Source: Octopus bimaculoides (lineage: Eukaryota). Taken from it: a stretch of DNA of 64,000 bases. The DNA lies in the NCBI RefSeq assembly GCF_001194135.2, contig NC_068981.1:36624200-36688199 (forward strand), read 5' to 3'. A program made the translations under genes and the position numbers. The notes below the pieces were generated by a model. That model saw nothing but the letters and a program-made list of their open reading frames with translations, was not told the DNA's origin and searched no databases. Shown here piece after piece: positions 1 through 11,915 of this stretch. Every line of letters starts with the position of its first letter. Positions within the stretch are counted from its first letter, which is position 1.

Positions 1-36
<36 letters not shown>
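1..36. repeat. (TA)n microsatellite
   Basis: Pure TA run at the window start. Confidence 0.95.
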
Positions 37-39
<3 letters not shown>

Positions 40-47
<8 letters not shown>

Positions 48-330
48 ATGTGTTTGTATGTTCCCTTGTCTAGACATTATGCATTATATGATTGTTGTAA
101 ATGAGCAGGACTGTCATAGAAATGTGGTTGTTTGTTTCCACTCTTCCATGAAAAACACATCTAGTTATGGGAAAATATTACCTTGCTTTGAAGCTGATGA
201 TAGTTGGTGATAGGATGGAAAATCTGCCCCATCAAATTCTTTCCCACTCAAGCAAGTGTAAAAAAATGGACATTAAATGATAGGTGATGAACATGATGGT
301 GACAATGATAATGATAATGATGATGATGAA
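40..330 (+). mobile_element. Degenerate SINE 3' part with (GAT)-type tail
   Basis: GGAAAATATTACCTTGCTTTG...GAAAATCTGCC...GGACATTAAATGAT. The same module recurs at 36740-36990 and 51820-52090. Confidence 0.7.
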
Positions 331-1424
331 AGCATCATTGGCACTTAGCTTGATAAATGAATTACTGAGGCATTAACAGTATTTAATTTGTTTCAGTGCA
401 ATACCATACTCCACATCATATCTGTAGATTTTAGGTAAAACCTTATGTAGAGGCAAATGCAAACACTGCATTTGTATATGAACAGGAAATGAGAGTTCAT
501 CTGGTCCAGTTTCAGCTCTGTGTTGGGTTTTCATTAGAGACTAAGCCAAATTATTCCTTATGGCAAAGCTATGCTACTTTTCAAGGTATGTTATAAGAGT
601 GTTATCAGTGAGTAATTTCTAGTCAGGAGCAGATATGAAATTTAAAGTTTGCACCCATTATATTTCTACTGTGAAACATGAAAATGTGAGATAGCATTAA
701 ACAAAATCTTCTAAATGTATAATAATGACATTGCAGTAATGACGATGAAATTGTTTTCATCAACATAGAATATTACTTGAGAGACCTGTGTGTATAACTC
801 TTTACTACTATGGAAGGAAGGCACCTCCGGCAGATGTTTTGTCTAAAATAAAATCTCTTATATATATGCTGTATTAAAAACAAAATATACATCAGAGTGA
901 AATGAAAAATCATCCAAGCAGTGGCTAGCAAGAACATCACATACCTTTAAACCTTCTTGAGCCTTATCAGTGACATGTACTTGAAGCTCAGATGAAATTT
1001 GTCACCTCCAATATATAGAAAATAGTGAATAATAGATAACTGATTCTGCAAATAGCCCTGAGCTGAATAAAAACTCTGCAATGACTTTTCATCTAATATA
1101 TATTGTGTTTTTAACACAGAACATCTACAAACGATATAATTTTGAACAAAAGCCACAGCACCTTGCCTGTCTGTGGAATATATATACTAAGTATGACAGA
1201 TGACTACTGCAAAGCATTTTTATCATCCAACTTGCTAACATTCTGCCAATCTACTAAGTTTACATGGTGTTGGTTGAAATTTGGGTACAAAATCTACTGG
1301 AAAGTTTGTAATACTTTTTAACAAAGATTACATATGAAATATCTTTTACTATTTTTATCGAAATATTATGTGAATGAAGCATGCACTTATAGTTTAAACA
1401 TAGATAAGTCTGTCTTTTCAATTA

Positions 1425-1817
1425 TTCATTCTTTTACTCTTTTACTTGTTTCAGTCATTTGACTGTGGCCATGCTGGAGCATCACCTTTAGTTGAGCAAA
1501 TCGACCCCAGGACTTATTCTTTGTAAGCCTAGTACTTATTCTATTGGTCTCTTTTGCTGAACCACTAAATGTCAGGGACATAAACACACCAATATCGGTT
1601 GTCAAGCGATGCTGGGGGACAAACACAAACAAATACACACACAGACATACATACATATATATACGATGGGCTTCTTTCAGTTTCCATCTACCAAATCCAC
1701 TCACAAGGCTTTGGTCGGCTCAAGGCTATAGTAGACGACACTTGCCCAAGGTGCCATGCAGTGGGAATGAACCCGGAACTATGTGGTTGGTAAGCAAGCT
1801 ACTTACCACACAGCCAC
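1425..1817 (-). mobile_element. Full-length tRNA-headed SINE, CORE-like (octopus OR-type)
   Basis: Reverse strand reads A box TGGCTGTGTGG, B box GGTTCATTCC, CORE-like CACCTTGGGCAAGTGTC, an internal (TG/TATG) microsatellite and an AAAGAGT/AAAGAAT tail. Many related copies occur in the window. The family name is from recall. Confidence 0.85.
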
Positions 1818-4160
1818 TATGTAAACTATAGTAATATTTTTGCATAAAAACTTAACTGGGAACATTTTGAGAGAAGATATTTCTGGAAATTTTCTTTGTT
1901 TTATATGAATGAGAAGAAATAATTGTGCAAATAATTGATGTACCCACTTTATAAAAAAAATCTTAATGGCTTCATTTTGAGTGAAGATTAGGATATGTTG
2001 AATTACTTGTTGATCATTTTAAATGTATATTATGTATCTAACTCCTTCGAGGTAGTTTATATTTCAATATATCAGTCAACATCTTGAAATACTCAGCTGA
2101 CTAATTGAAAAATAGTAAAAAACCAAAAATGTAGAAAAATTGAAAGGTATTTTGAAAAATAAAATTAGCAAGAATTATCTTAGTATTGAATATCTTAGAA
2201 GCCAGAGGGCCAATATGACAAATACTGAACATGGCTGTGTCATGGGAAAATAAATGCTTCAGATTCAAAATTGAAATTGAAAATGAAATGTTACCTTAAA
2301 AATGACTAAAAATTTTAATTTAGATGCTTTTAAACTAATTTAATTTATTTTGGTTCTGTTTTATACATTAAAAAATTATCAATATTAAAATTGCTAAAAT
2401 ATTTTCCAAATGCTTAAAGTTTTATTGTCATTAAAAATGATATTGTGTATTCATTAAAGGAAAATGTTCTGCTTATGTGTTGGAAGGCAATCATTGAACT
2501 AAATGGTAATGAAAAACAAAATGAAAATTGGCCAAACAGTAGAAGGCAAATTGCTAAAATGCTACACATAAAACAATAACGAATTGATTGCATTTCTGTT
2601 TTTGGTGAAGAATCCTTACATAAAGAGTAAAAATAGGAAATAAATTCATACTTAAATGAAGGTAGTAAAAGCTATTTAGCAAAATATTCTTAGTAAATAG
2701 CAAAAACGAAATTATATGCAGCTATCTCTCATATTAAATGAAAGAGTCTCATTTTAGTGTGTCATTTAATCAGTTCTTAAATAACAAACTCTTTAAACAA
2801 TTTCTGCATATATCCTAGAAAACATTTTTTGAAGAAAAATTATCAATTTATTTTGCAGATCTAGTTGTTTCACATCAGCTTTACCTATTCTCTTTTATCT
2901 ATACTCTGCTTCTTTCAAATTTATCTTTTGCATTCTCTATTTTCTTAATATTTATATTCTATTTTTACTTACTTTCTGACTAAATACAAATTGTTTTTCA
3001 TATGTTTTTTTTTTTGTTTTTTAATCTTTAACCTTATCAGATAACTTTTCATTTTGTTCAACACTAACCTTCTCTGCTCTTGATAGATTTCATTTATTTC
3101 TGCTGCTGTGGTGGACATATTGGTGAAGTGATCAAAGAACTTACATAGCTGAGCTATCTATGACACTTGAGAAAATGGTAGTATGCATACAAATAATGAG
3201 ACGGTTGTTTTCTTCATTTATTCCATTTGTGTTTTTGTTCTTTGAAATTGAATATATATATATATATATTTTTCCTCTTCAGTTAGCAATTCATTTTCAC
3301 ATTGACATTTAATATAGACATTTTCCCATGTTTTATTCAAAAGTCTTATATTTGGAAGTGATATTCATTTTTCTTTTTTTTTTGGTGTCTCTATAGGCTT
3401 CAATATGATAGCGGTAGTGGTAACAGCCCCATAATGGTAAAGCTTATGTCATTCAGGATTCTTAGCGAACTGTATTGCGCAAGTCTGTTAGTGATTCGAT
3501 ACACTCTGAAATTGATAAATCTATCACTCCAGTTTAGACAAATTACTGTTTATGTACATGATCTAAACTTGTGTGTATTCCTTTAGCAAATTAATCTGGA
3601 GGTTACATAGAGGGCACATTCTAGTATTTCACAGGATGAGGGTGTTGATGAGAATCAGCAAGTGACAGTGTTTTTTTAGTCATACACTTATCTTCTCAGT
3701 CACATTAGCACTTATTAGTCCAGAAATATATAAGTAAGAAATCAATGTTACATGAAATAGTCCATGTCATAGAGAAATGTTGACTTGTCATAATTAAAAT
3801 TTTACAAACAATCAGGACATAATAGGATGTCAATTTTCTTCTTTTTATATTCTGTTATAGCAATAGAGTACCTTGAGTGATGGACTTGAAGATTTTCAAA
3901 TTCACTTTCTTTGGATTGACTTAGCTAGTAGTAAAAGTAAGTGGTGGTCAGCGAATATCCTTAGTAGATATTCTGACAGAAAATTTCACAATCATAATAT
4001 TGACTTTGAAATCAGAAATTCTACGTTTCACTAAGATTATTGGGCTGAATTATATCTTGCAATACCTGATAACTTTTAGATAACAGCTAAATTAGAATCC
4101 TAATTGCCAATATTCAAGGATGTTCACTATACATGTTATGTTATTTCCTATCATTTTCAG

Positions 4161-4267
4161 TTTAGAGTATTCCCAGTTTGAAGGATATAATGGTTACTTT
4201 AATTTCAAGGTCAAATTGGATGAGAAGGCCAAACCTGACATTAGATTTACAAGCATGATTATGGATG
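4161..4267 (+). CDS. Candidate coding exon (LEYSQFEGYNGYFNFKVKLDEKAKPDIRFTSMIMD), product unknown
   Basis: Acceptor TTTCCTATCATTTTCAG, 35 open codons, donor G|GTTAGA. No homology recognised. Confidence 0.35.
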
Positions 4268-5474
4268 GTTAGAGAGCTATAGAGTTTTTTATGAAGGTGA
4301 CATCAATTTTCTTTGATCATAATGTTACAAGGCAACACATTGAAAAGTTACCTGGATGCATCTTTTGACAGAGTCAAGTAGACAATATCAGAAACAAATA
4401 GTGGCAAGTCTTTTATCTTATTGCCTGCCAAGTCCTGCATTTATTTAATGTGACACTCAAAGAAAACTAATGTTAAAACTAAGCTGTTAATCTGTACAAC
4501 CAAGATCAATGCTAGCAGTCACTGAAACAAAATTACAGGGATCTTGGCAGAGATTGTTGCCAGATGGCCTTATTGGGATTATTACTACAGGAGCAGCATG
4601 AAGGTTTAATCTGAGGTGAGAGCTACATTCACCTTTGGTTAGCCTGAATGATTTGGCAGTAGCTCTGAAATTTAGCGTTTAAAAGGAGGGAGAAGCCAGT
4701 AAAGGTTTATTGCTGAATTATCATAAATCACTACATTCAGAATGGCATGTTCTCTCATCTCAGTTTAGTGTAGTATTCCCTATTGTTAGACAAATAAGAT
4801 AAATAAATAAGCTTGAAGAACACAGTATTGCAAGAATAAACAATCCATACAAGGTAGAGTCTCACAGCAGAGATGTAGAAGAATATTTATTCTTTCTGAA
4901 GTACTGGTATCTGTACATAACCTTTTAGGATACTATTATTTAAATTCATGTTAAAAGAAAATTAAAGTGATAAACTGGTTGATAATATTCATAAAAGAAA
5001 CTTCTACATTATATTAATGAAGAAATATTTTTTCCACTTGAGTATTTATCATTAAAATACAACTTTTATAAAGGCAAGCGATATGGGGACAAACCATACA
5101 AAAGATGGCTTTGATATATTTCTAAATGTTTTAAAATTTTCTGCTTGACAAAACGTTGTGTAAATTAACAGTAAGAGGATTTTGAATTTGAATTTATATT
5201 ATATTTCGATGATGCAACCCCAATTATCCTCTCCAAAGAAAATGAGTAAATATTGTGCAGCTCATTTTTCTTTGGTTGCATAACATTTGCTGTATATATA
5301 TATATATAGTTGAGGTTATAAAATACAAACCTTCTCACCATCTCAATAATACAATTGCAAAATGAGCACTTTACCCAGTTAAGAAATTTCCATTTCTTAA
5401 AAACACATATAAATTATGTGCATAACATCTAAAATATGAACATGAATGACTCTAGCTATGATATTTTGTTTCAG

Positions 5475-5661
5475 AGAAACTTTACAGAGAAACTTTTCAG
5501 AGAAACTTTTCAAAGAGAAACTTTTCAAAGAACACAGGGCTTCATTCAGTATGCTGGTGGATCCCTAGATATAGTGTTTTGGCCTGAGTTGGTCTCTGAA
5601 GTGATAATTATCCTGGACATACTGAACTCAACCAAATATGCTTGGTCTGGTATAGAAATTG
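5475..5661 (+). CDS. Candidate coding exon, copy A (…RTQGFIQYAGGSLDIVFWPELVSEVIIILDILNSTKYAWSGIEI)
   Basis: Acceptor ATATTTTGTTTCAG, open frame, donor G|GTAAAA. Codon-wise similar to copy B with mostly synonymous changes. Confidence 0.5.
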
Positions 5662-5779
5662 GTAAAATTTGAAATTAATATTTGTAAAAGTCTTAGATTG
5701 AAATATCAATGTGTATAACATTTATAACACATATATATAAATATAGAACTGCACCTGCTGTAATAATATTTTGTCTTAG

Positions 5780-5897
5780 ACTTTTGTGCTCAAAAACGCA
5801 AGGATTTGTTCTGAATGATAGTGGATTGTTGGACTTTGTGTTTCAACCTGATTTAGTCTCTCTGAGCAGCAAATACGCTTTTACAAAAAGAAATTAA
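5780..5897 (+). CDS. Candidate exon or pseudo-exon, copy B (LLCSKTQGFVLNDSGLLDFVFQPDLVSLSSKYAFTKRN*)
   Basis: Acceptor ATATTTTGTCTTAG, open frame ending in TAA. Paralogous to copy A. Confidence 0.4.
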
Positions 5898-6919
5898 TAT
5901 TAAAATTTCAGTATATTTTTATTTTACTTATGTTCACAGTATTTAATGTCTTTCTGGCAAAAACAAACTAGATTAAACACAATATGATTACTATTCTTTT
6001 TTGCTTCATCACTATTGTATACTTGAGTTTTGATGTCTTGCTTCTAAAACAGTTTTATTAAATTTAAGCAACAACAACAAGCATCAAAACTTATATGAAA
6101 GCATTTATCACTTCCAAAATGATTTTAATTAAAATTTAGAAAGTAAGATTGCTTTGTAATATTTCTATTTTCTCAAAGCAAATATCTGTAAATATTTCAG
6201 CTTTCTTTTCACTTTTTCCCAAAAACACATTGCGAAAAGACTTCAATATACCTACAAAAATTAATATTAGCTATGTTTTTTTAAGATAGTACACGAACTT
6301 TCTAACATTTTAATCACATCAAGAGTATCATTGTCATATGATCTCAAAGTTTTAATCACTGAGATTGTATTTTTAAGTTCTAGTCATTAAAAATTCTTAA
6401 ATTTCTAAATAAATTATTTGTAAAATAAAATATTTTATTTGAGTCATAGAAGTGAGAATAAAATATTAACATAACATAAAGAAACATTTTAATATAAATA
6501 TTATAAGAATATGCAGCCGGCAGCATCACATATGTCAACTAAAACATAATTGTTTGCACATAGTTATTTCTAGATATCTTCTTTTGCCTATGTGTTTCAA
6601 CTCTTCATTCTTGCAAATTGATGACAGGGTTTAGGCTTAGAATTTCTCTTATAGCAGCTTAATGCAAATTTGAAAGGGTTATTTAATGATGCCTCCTCCT
6701 CCTTTGTCATTCTTTCTACTTTTGCTTTTCCATCCAAATATGAATTGAATGAGACTTCTTCAGGCAGTATTCTGATATCAACCTGATGCCAATGCTCACT
6801 CTTTTTTCAAACTAAGATACTTTATTCCACGAATGTCAAACTGTTGAGCAGCTGGACTTGTTGTTTAGGTGAGACATAAATAATGTTAGTGTTGCTCAAG
6901 TATTATTAATGGAAAGATA

Positions 6920-7280
6920 CATGTGCATACATGTACACACACTCACATATTTGCACATACACACGCATCAGTATAACTATCCTTACCTCTCTCTATATGC
7001 ACACACACACACACAGAAATACACATGCATACATACATGTATATACATAAGCACACACACACACACAGACAAGGACACACACACATGGACACAGATACAT
7101 ACATACACACAAACATGGACACGGACACAGACACACACATACGCATACACACACACACACATGGACATGAAGACACACACACATGGACATGGAGACACAC
7201 ACACACGGACATGGAGACACACACACATGGACATAGACACATGCACACACACACACACACTCACACACATATATATATGC
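6920..7280. repeat. CA-rich compound micro/minisatellite with ACACACATGGAC-type units
   Basis: Repeated CACACACATGGACA(T/C)GGAGA variants. Explains the six HT/CV-rich ORFs in the track. Confidence 0.9.
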
Positions 7281-8544
7281 AGAACTTCTGTACAGTTTCT
7301 GTTAAATTTCACTTACAAGAAACAGGTCAACATAAGGCTGTAGCAGAGGACACTTGTCCAAGATGCCAGATAACTGTTCCTGCACTTCATATAATTAAAT
7401 TTTCGCTGAAGATGTTATTTCCAAGAACAAATACTCTCTCTCATATATTTTCTGGATTCAAATAGATTGTTAAGTTTCGGTCCCTGTGCAGCAATGATCA
7501 GGCAACACTATGATCAAATGCATTACTTCATTTTTCAGATGAATTTATCTAATGTGACCTTCTTTATGAGATTTTAGGATGTGATTTGTGGGAGATATGG
7601 CTTCTATTTTCAGCAGGTGAAACAACTACATAGAAAAATCGTTATAGTTGCTGTTGGTGTTTCTCATAAATTTTGCTTTCATTAGATTAACAAACAGAAG
7701 CAGTTGAGCAAACAAAAACATTTTAACTTGAAGTCTTTGGCTTTGGTCATATATTTTATAGTTGGAATGCTTTCTGAAGATTTGGGAAAGAAAATATGCA
7801 CTGTCCATTTTCAAAACTCAAGTAGATTTACTAAGTGTGATCTATCTGGCACATTAATCATTTCCATTGGTCAAGATATCTAATTGGATTGTAAACCTGA
7901 AAAGGTTGGCTTTATAAGCAATGCTGTAAACAATTTAATTACATTCTGTGGCCATTTGGGATGCTGTATATATTCAAAAGCAAACACTGTGAACATTACT
8001 CATATCTTCCATATTAACATTAAAAACAAACTTTGGTTGCATGCAGCATGAATTGATATAGCTTGGTTAAAAGTCAGCCAAACATATTGGAATGAAACAT
8101 AGAAGATAAAACAGTTAACCTCCCACTGGTTGATTTCTATGAAAATTAAGAGATCAAGTTTGGTGACTCTAAAGCAAAGATAGTATTTAACATAAAAAAT
8201 AATTCTTTGAAAATACATAAATACATAACCGATTAAGACACAACCAATACATATGCGTTGTTTTCTTTTTATTCAGTCTAAATCATTTTTCTGGTCATCT
8301 CACATGTTCACAGATTACATGATTTATTTTTTTTTGTTTCTGCTGAAACAGAAAAAAAAAAAGATTACTATGTGTTTGATGATGAGTGAAAGAGGATAAG
8401 AAATAAGCTTTTGAAACTTATTTTGCAAGGCACAAGAGAAAGATTCATCGTGATTTATTTATTGCAACAGCAAAGAGAATATTAACATTTGAAATGTTCC
8501 CAAACATTAAATAGTGTGTACACTGGGCATGTATGCATGCAAGC

Positions 8545-8586
8545 ACACACACACGCACACACACACGCACACACACACACACACAC

Positions 8587-8621
<35 letters not shown>
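8545..8621. repeat. (CA)n microsatellite
   Basis: CA run with a few CG interruptions. Confidence 0.95.
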
Positions 8622-8622
<1 letters not shown>

Positions 8623-8894
8623 GCAGAATAAAATAAATAAAACAAAATATTTTCTCTTTCTTGGATAATCCATCTTTGAAAGAACTTACAAAACTAAACA
8701 GTTTCTCTCCATGAAAGCTTTTTACATAATATTGTGCTAAGTTATCCTCTGAAGTATTATAGTGGAATAAGAAAGAAATGTAAATGTGGAGAGGGATTCT
8801 GAATAAAGCTGAAGGATGGTTTGGAATTTAGATAAGTACAGCTATCCTTTTGAATTTGGAAATTGTATTTTCTTCTTTCTTCTTCATTTATCAG

Positions 8895-8951
8895 ATTCTA
8901 CTTGGTGTATTTCATTTTAGTGGTTTTTATGATTCTACCAGTAAAACTGCT
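8895..8951 (+). CDS. Candidate 57-nt exon (ILLGVFHFSGFYDSTSKTA, or alternative frame FYLVYFILVVFMILPVKL)
   Basis: Long pyrimidine tract plus ATCAG acceptor, donor GCT|GTATGG. Phase-compatible with the exon at 9414. Confidence 0.35.
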
Positions 8952-9413
8952 GTATGGCAATGTTTGCCATATGTCTGACACACTTGAGTTCTAACGACGT
9001 AAATACCTACATTTCCATGGGCAAATATATATAAAAATAAATGAATATGCATAGATACATACACACATATATACTTACATACGAGTACACATATATATAT
9101 ACGTTCCATTCATTTTGACATCCATCTTTCCATGTTAGCATGGGTTAGATTAATATAACATTGAAGCATGAAAAGCCATATATATGTATACATGCAAATA
9201 CATATATAATATATATATGTATACACACACACACACACTCACACACACACTCACACACACATACACACACATATACTCACATACATTTACATGTTCTTTT
9301 TTAGCCATAAGTTAGTCCTAATTTAGCAGACTTATAACCAAAGCATTCCAATCGTGACCTTTATGTTTTTCAGATATTGTGTGCAATATTCAATTTCTTC
9401 AATCATTTTTCAG

Positions 9414-9477
9414 ATAGAAGAAAATTCAGCTGCTATATCTTATAAGTGGCCAAACAGAGATTTGAAATATGTTACAT
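9414..9477 (+). CDS. Candidate 64-nt exon (IEENSAAISYKWPNRDLKYVT)
   Basis: Acceptor TCATTTTTCAG, consensus donor CAT|GTGAGT. Only one frame is open. Confidence 0.45.
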
Positions 9478-9489
9478 GTGAGTTTATAA

Positions 9490-9521
9490 ATACACACACA
9501 CACATGCACATGCATGCACGT

Positions 9522-9561
<40 letters not shown>

Positions 9562-9600
9562 ACACACACACACACACACGTATATATAAATATATACAAA
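9490..9600. repeat. (CA)n/(TA)n microsatellite
   Basis: Direct observation. Confidence 0.9.
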
Positions 9601-9699
9601 TATATTTGATGATGAATTCTCCTGTTGAAGATGACATATGAGCATTTAGCTTGTCAAACAACCCACACAAATGATTTGTTTATAGTGATAAAATGTTTG

Positions 9700-9905
9700 T
9701 GCGAGACATTAGCTCACTTTCTCCACCAAATCAACGTTATCTGAACATATGTGCTGTGTACCACATGTCAGGTGTCAAAGTGATTCCAGAGCAATGTAAA
9801 ATGAAGTGTTTTGCTCAAGAACACAACGCACCACCCTGTCTAGGAATTGGAACCATGATCTGGTGAACATGAGTACAACACGCTAGCCACTAGGCTAAGT
9901 ACCCT
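9700..9905 (-). mobile_element. tRNA-headed SINE 5' part
   Basis: Reverse complement has A box-like TAGCCTAGTGG, B box GGTTCCAATTCC and GTGTTCTTGAGCAAAACACT, as in the + copy at 30899. Confidence 0.7.
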
Positions 9906-10224
9906 CAGGATATATATATATATATATATATATATCATGATCAACTTTGCCCTTCAAATCTTGTGGTATTGAGCCAATCAAGTACTTGGATTGACAAAAT
10001 CACATAACCTCTTCTCCTCAAAACTGCAGGGCTTGAGCCTAAAATAGAAAGCATTATAATTATTATTATATGAAACAAATGTCACCACAGACTGAGCAGT
10101 GTCAATACAAAGACATGCAAATACAAGTGTACATATGAACACATTTATGCATACATATGCACAGACACAAATACACACACACACACACATGCATATCATC
10201 ATCACTATCATTGTCATTATCATT

Positions 10225-10420
10225 ATTTTACACTTGTTTCCTATGCTGGCATGGGCTGGAAGGATCGTCACAGTTTGAATCAGATTTTATCTGTACTTAC
10301 TATCCTCCTAGACATAATCATGGTTTTCTCTGGTTGGATGTCATTCCACACCATAATCACTTTACGAAATGTACTAGGTACATTTGTTTTGGGGGCACCA
10401 GCACTAGACAGCCTGTCACA
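10225..10420 (-). mobile_element. Degenerate SINE 3' part (RTE-type tail)
   Basis: TTTCCTATGCTGGCATGGGCTGGA preceded by (TCA)n. Same tail as at 27900. Confidence 0.65.
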
Positions 10421-10689
10421 TCTTTGATAAATTCTCTTGACTTTACCTTTTCTCTGCACATCCACCAACCACTATAAAGTGGCATCAGCACTGGAGAAGC
10501 GGTCATGTTCTTGACAAGATAAGTGTAAGGGTCCTCTCAACCCTATGATGTATGGAAATATTACTATGAAATTTTACAAAATGGGAAGAATGCATAAAAG
10601 AGGAGAGAGAGGGAGAAAAAGAGGGAGACAGAAACTATTTCAAATCAAAGTAGATTAAATAGAAAGACCAGGTATTAAAGATTATAGTT

Positions 10690-11035
10690 AATGATTGAAG
10701 CCACAATTAAGGAGGTGAAGGGAGGTAAAGCAGCTAGACCATGGGAGGTAATCACTGAGATGCTAAAAATATCCAGTAAATTAATACACACACTTGTCAG
10801 ATATATCTTTATATAAAAAGTTATGGGTGCATAATAAATTTAAAGATTGACAGCTGGGTAAAAAAAAACACCCAAATAGTCTGAGTGAACGAGACCTGCT
10901 GAAGAGGAAGGCCGTGGAAGTCACAGCAAGAAATGATGAAAGGTGATTACAAAAGTCTGAATGTTACAAACTTCAGCAAGTGGTAAAATGCTGTCTTGGA
11001 GAAGAATTATCTAACCCTTACCAGCACCAAAAAGT
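10690..11035 (+). mobile_element. Degenerate RTE-clade LINE fragments
   Basis: IKEVKGGKAARPWEVITEMLK resembles the K-GKAAGPxGIxAEMLK segment upstream of the RT. It is followed by a 3'-end-like piece. Confidence 0.5.
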
Positions 11036-11814
11036 GAATGTAAAAGCAATGATGATGTTGATGTTTGTATGTGTGTGTGTCTTTGTGATTGTGTGTGTAT
11101 GAGTGTGTTTAAGAAATAAATTAAGTTACTCTTTCTAGCAGGTTGAATGACTCTGTGGAGGGATCCTCATTGGCTTGACAGAGCTTCATCTCTATATTAT
11201 TGTTCATCTCTATATTATTATCACTGGACTTAGAATGAGTAGGAGGATAAGAAAAAAGAAGCACAACACTTGTGGGATTTGAACTGAAATCAGTAATATT
11301 ATGTGAACTTCTGAACTAGAGGCTGTTAAAGATTGCAAACTGGCAGTTTAATTTATGTATTTATACTGTCCTCTGATAGAAAGCAGGGATTAATATTAAT
11401 TATAGTTATACAGATCTAACTAGCCAGGTGAAACTGTTATTACACTCTGACTTGTCTGTAATTATAAGTTGGAACTACTTCAATTGCAAACTTTCTAAGT
11501 TAGTAAAAGTTAAATATTGCCCAAAGTGACAATGACTACATATGCAATGACTGAATCTTGTTTTTTTAAACTAATCAAACAATCTATCACCTAATTAATT
11601 GATAAGTTAGACAAACAATTTTTACCTTTCCACACCTTCCACCAATATGATATCAATCCAATACCTGTTTTCCTTCAGGACATATTAAACTATAATTGCT
11701 TTGTTTACTTACAGAATAAGAAACAGATTTTAAAATGGCAGTAAAACATGAACTTTTACTCAATATGTTAAATATTAATCCTCTCCTCTTCTTTTCGTCC
11801 TTCATGCCATTACT

Positions 11815-11915
11815 GTTATCATCATCATCACCACCACACCCAGCATCACCAGTACTCTCAATCACCACCCCCATCAGCATCACCATCAACAACATCACCG
11901 CGAACAACATTGCCA
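11815..11915. repeat. Compound (ATC/ACC/AGC) triplet repeat
   Basis: Direct observation. Confidence 0.8.

Noticed and set aside
6590-6800. About 68-codon open frame on the minus strand
   Set aside because: No start codon context or splice signals and no recognisable motif. Within chance expectation, or a LINE remnant.
6909-7465. Long His/Thr- and Cys/Val-rich ORFs (also at 8445-8673, 9440-9670, 44455-44709, 48359-48586, 56402-56632)
   Set aside because: They are translations of CA/TG micro- and minisatellites, which lack stop codons in most frames.
9414-9477. Resemblance of YKWPNRDLKY to matrixin/astacin N-termini, and of GLLDFVFQPD (5820-5850) to GSDH/HHIP-like propellers
   Set aside because: Only a few residues match, and the diagnostic motifs (PRCG, HExxH) were not found. 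No gene name is justified.
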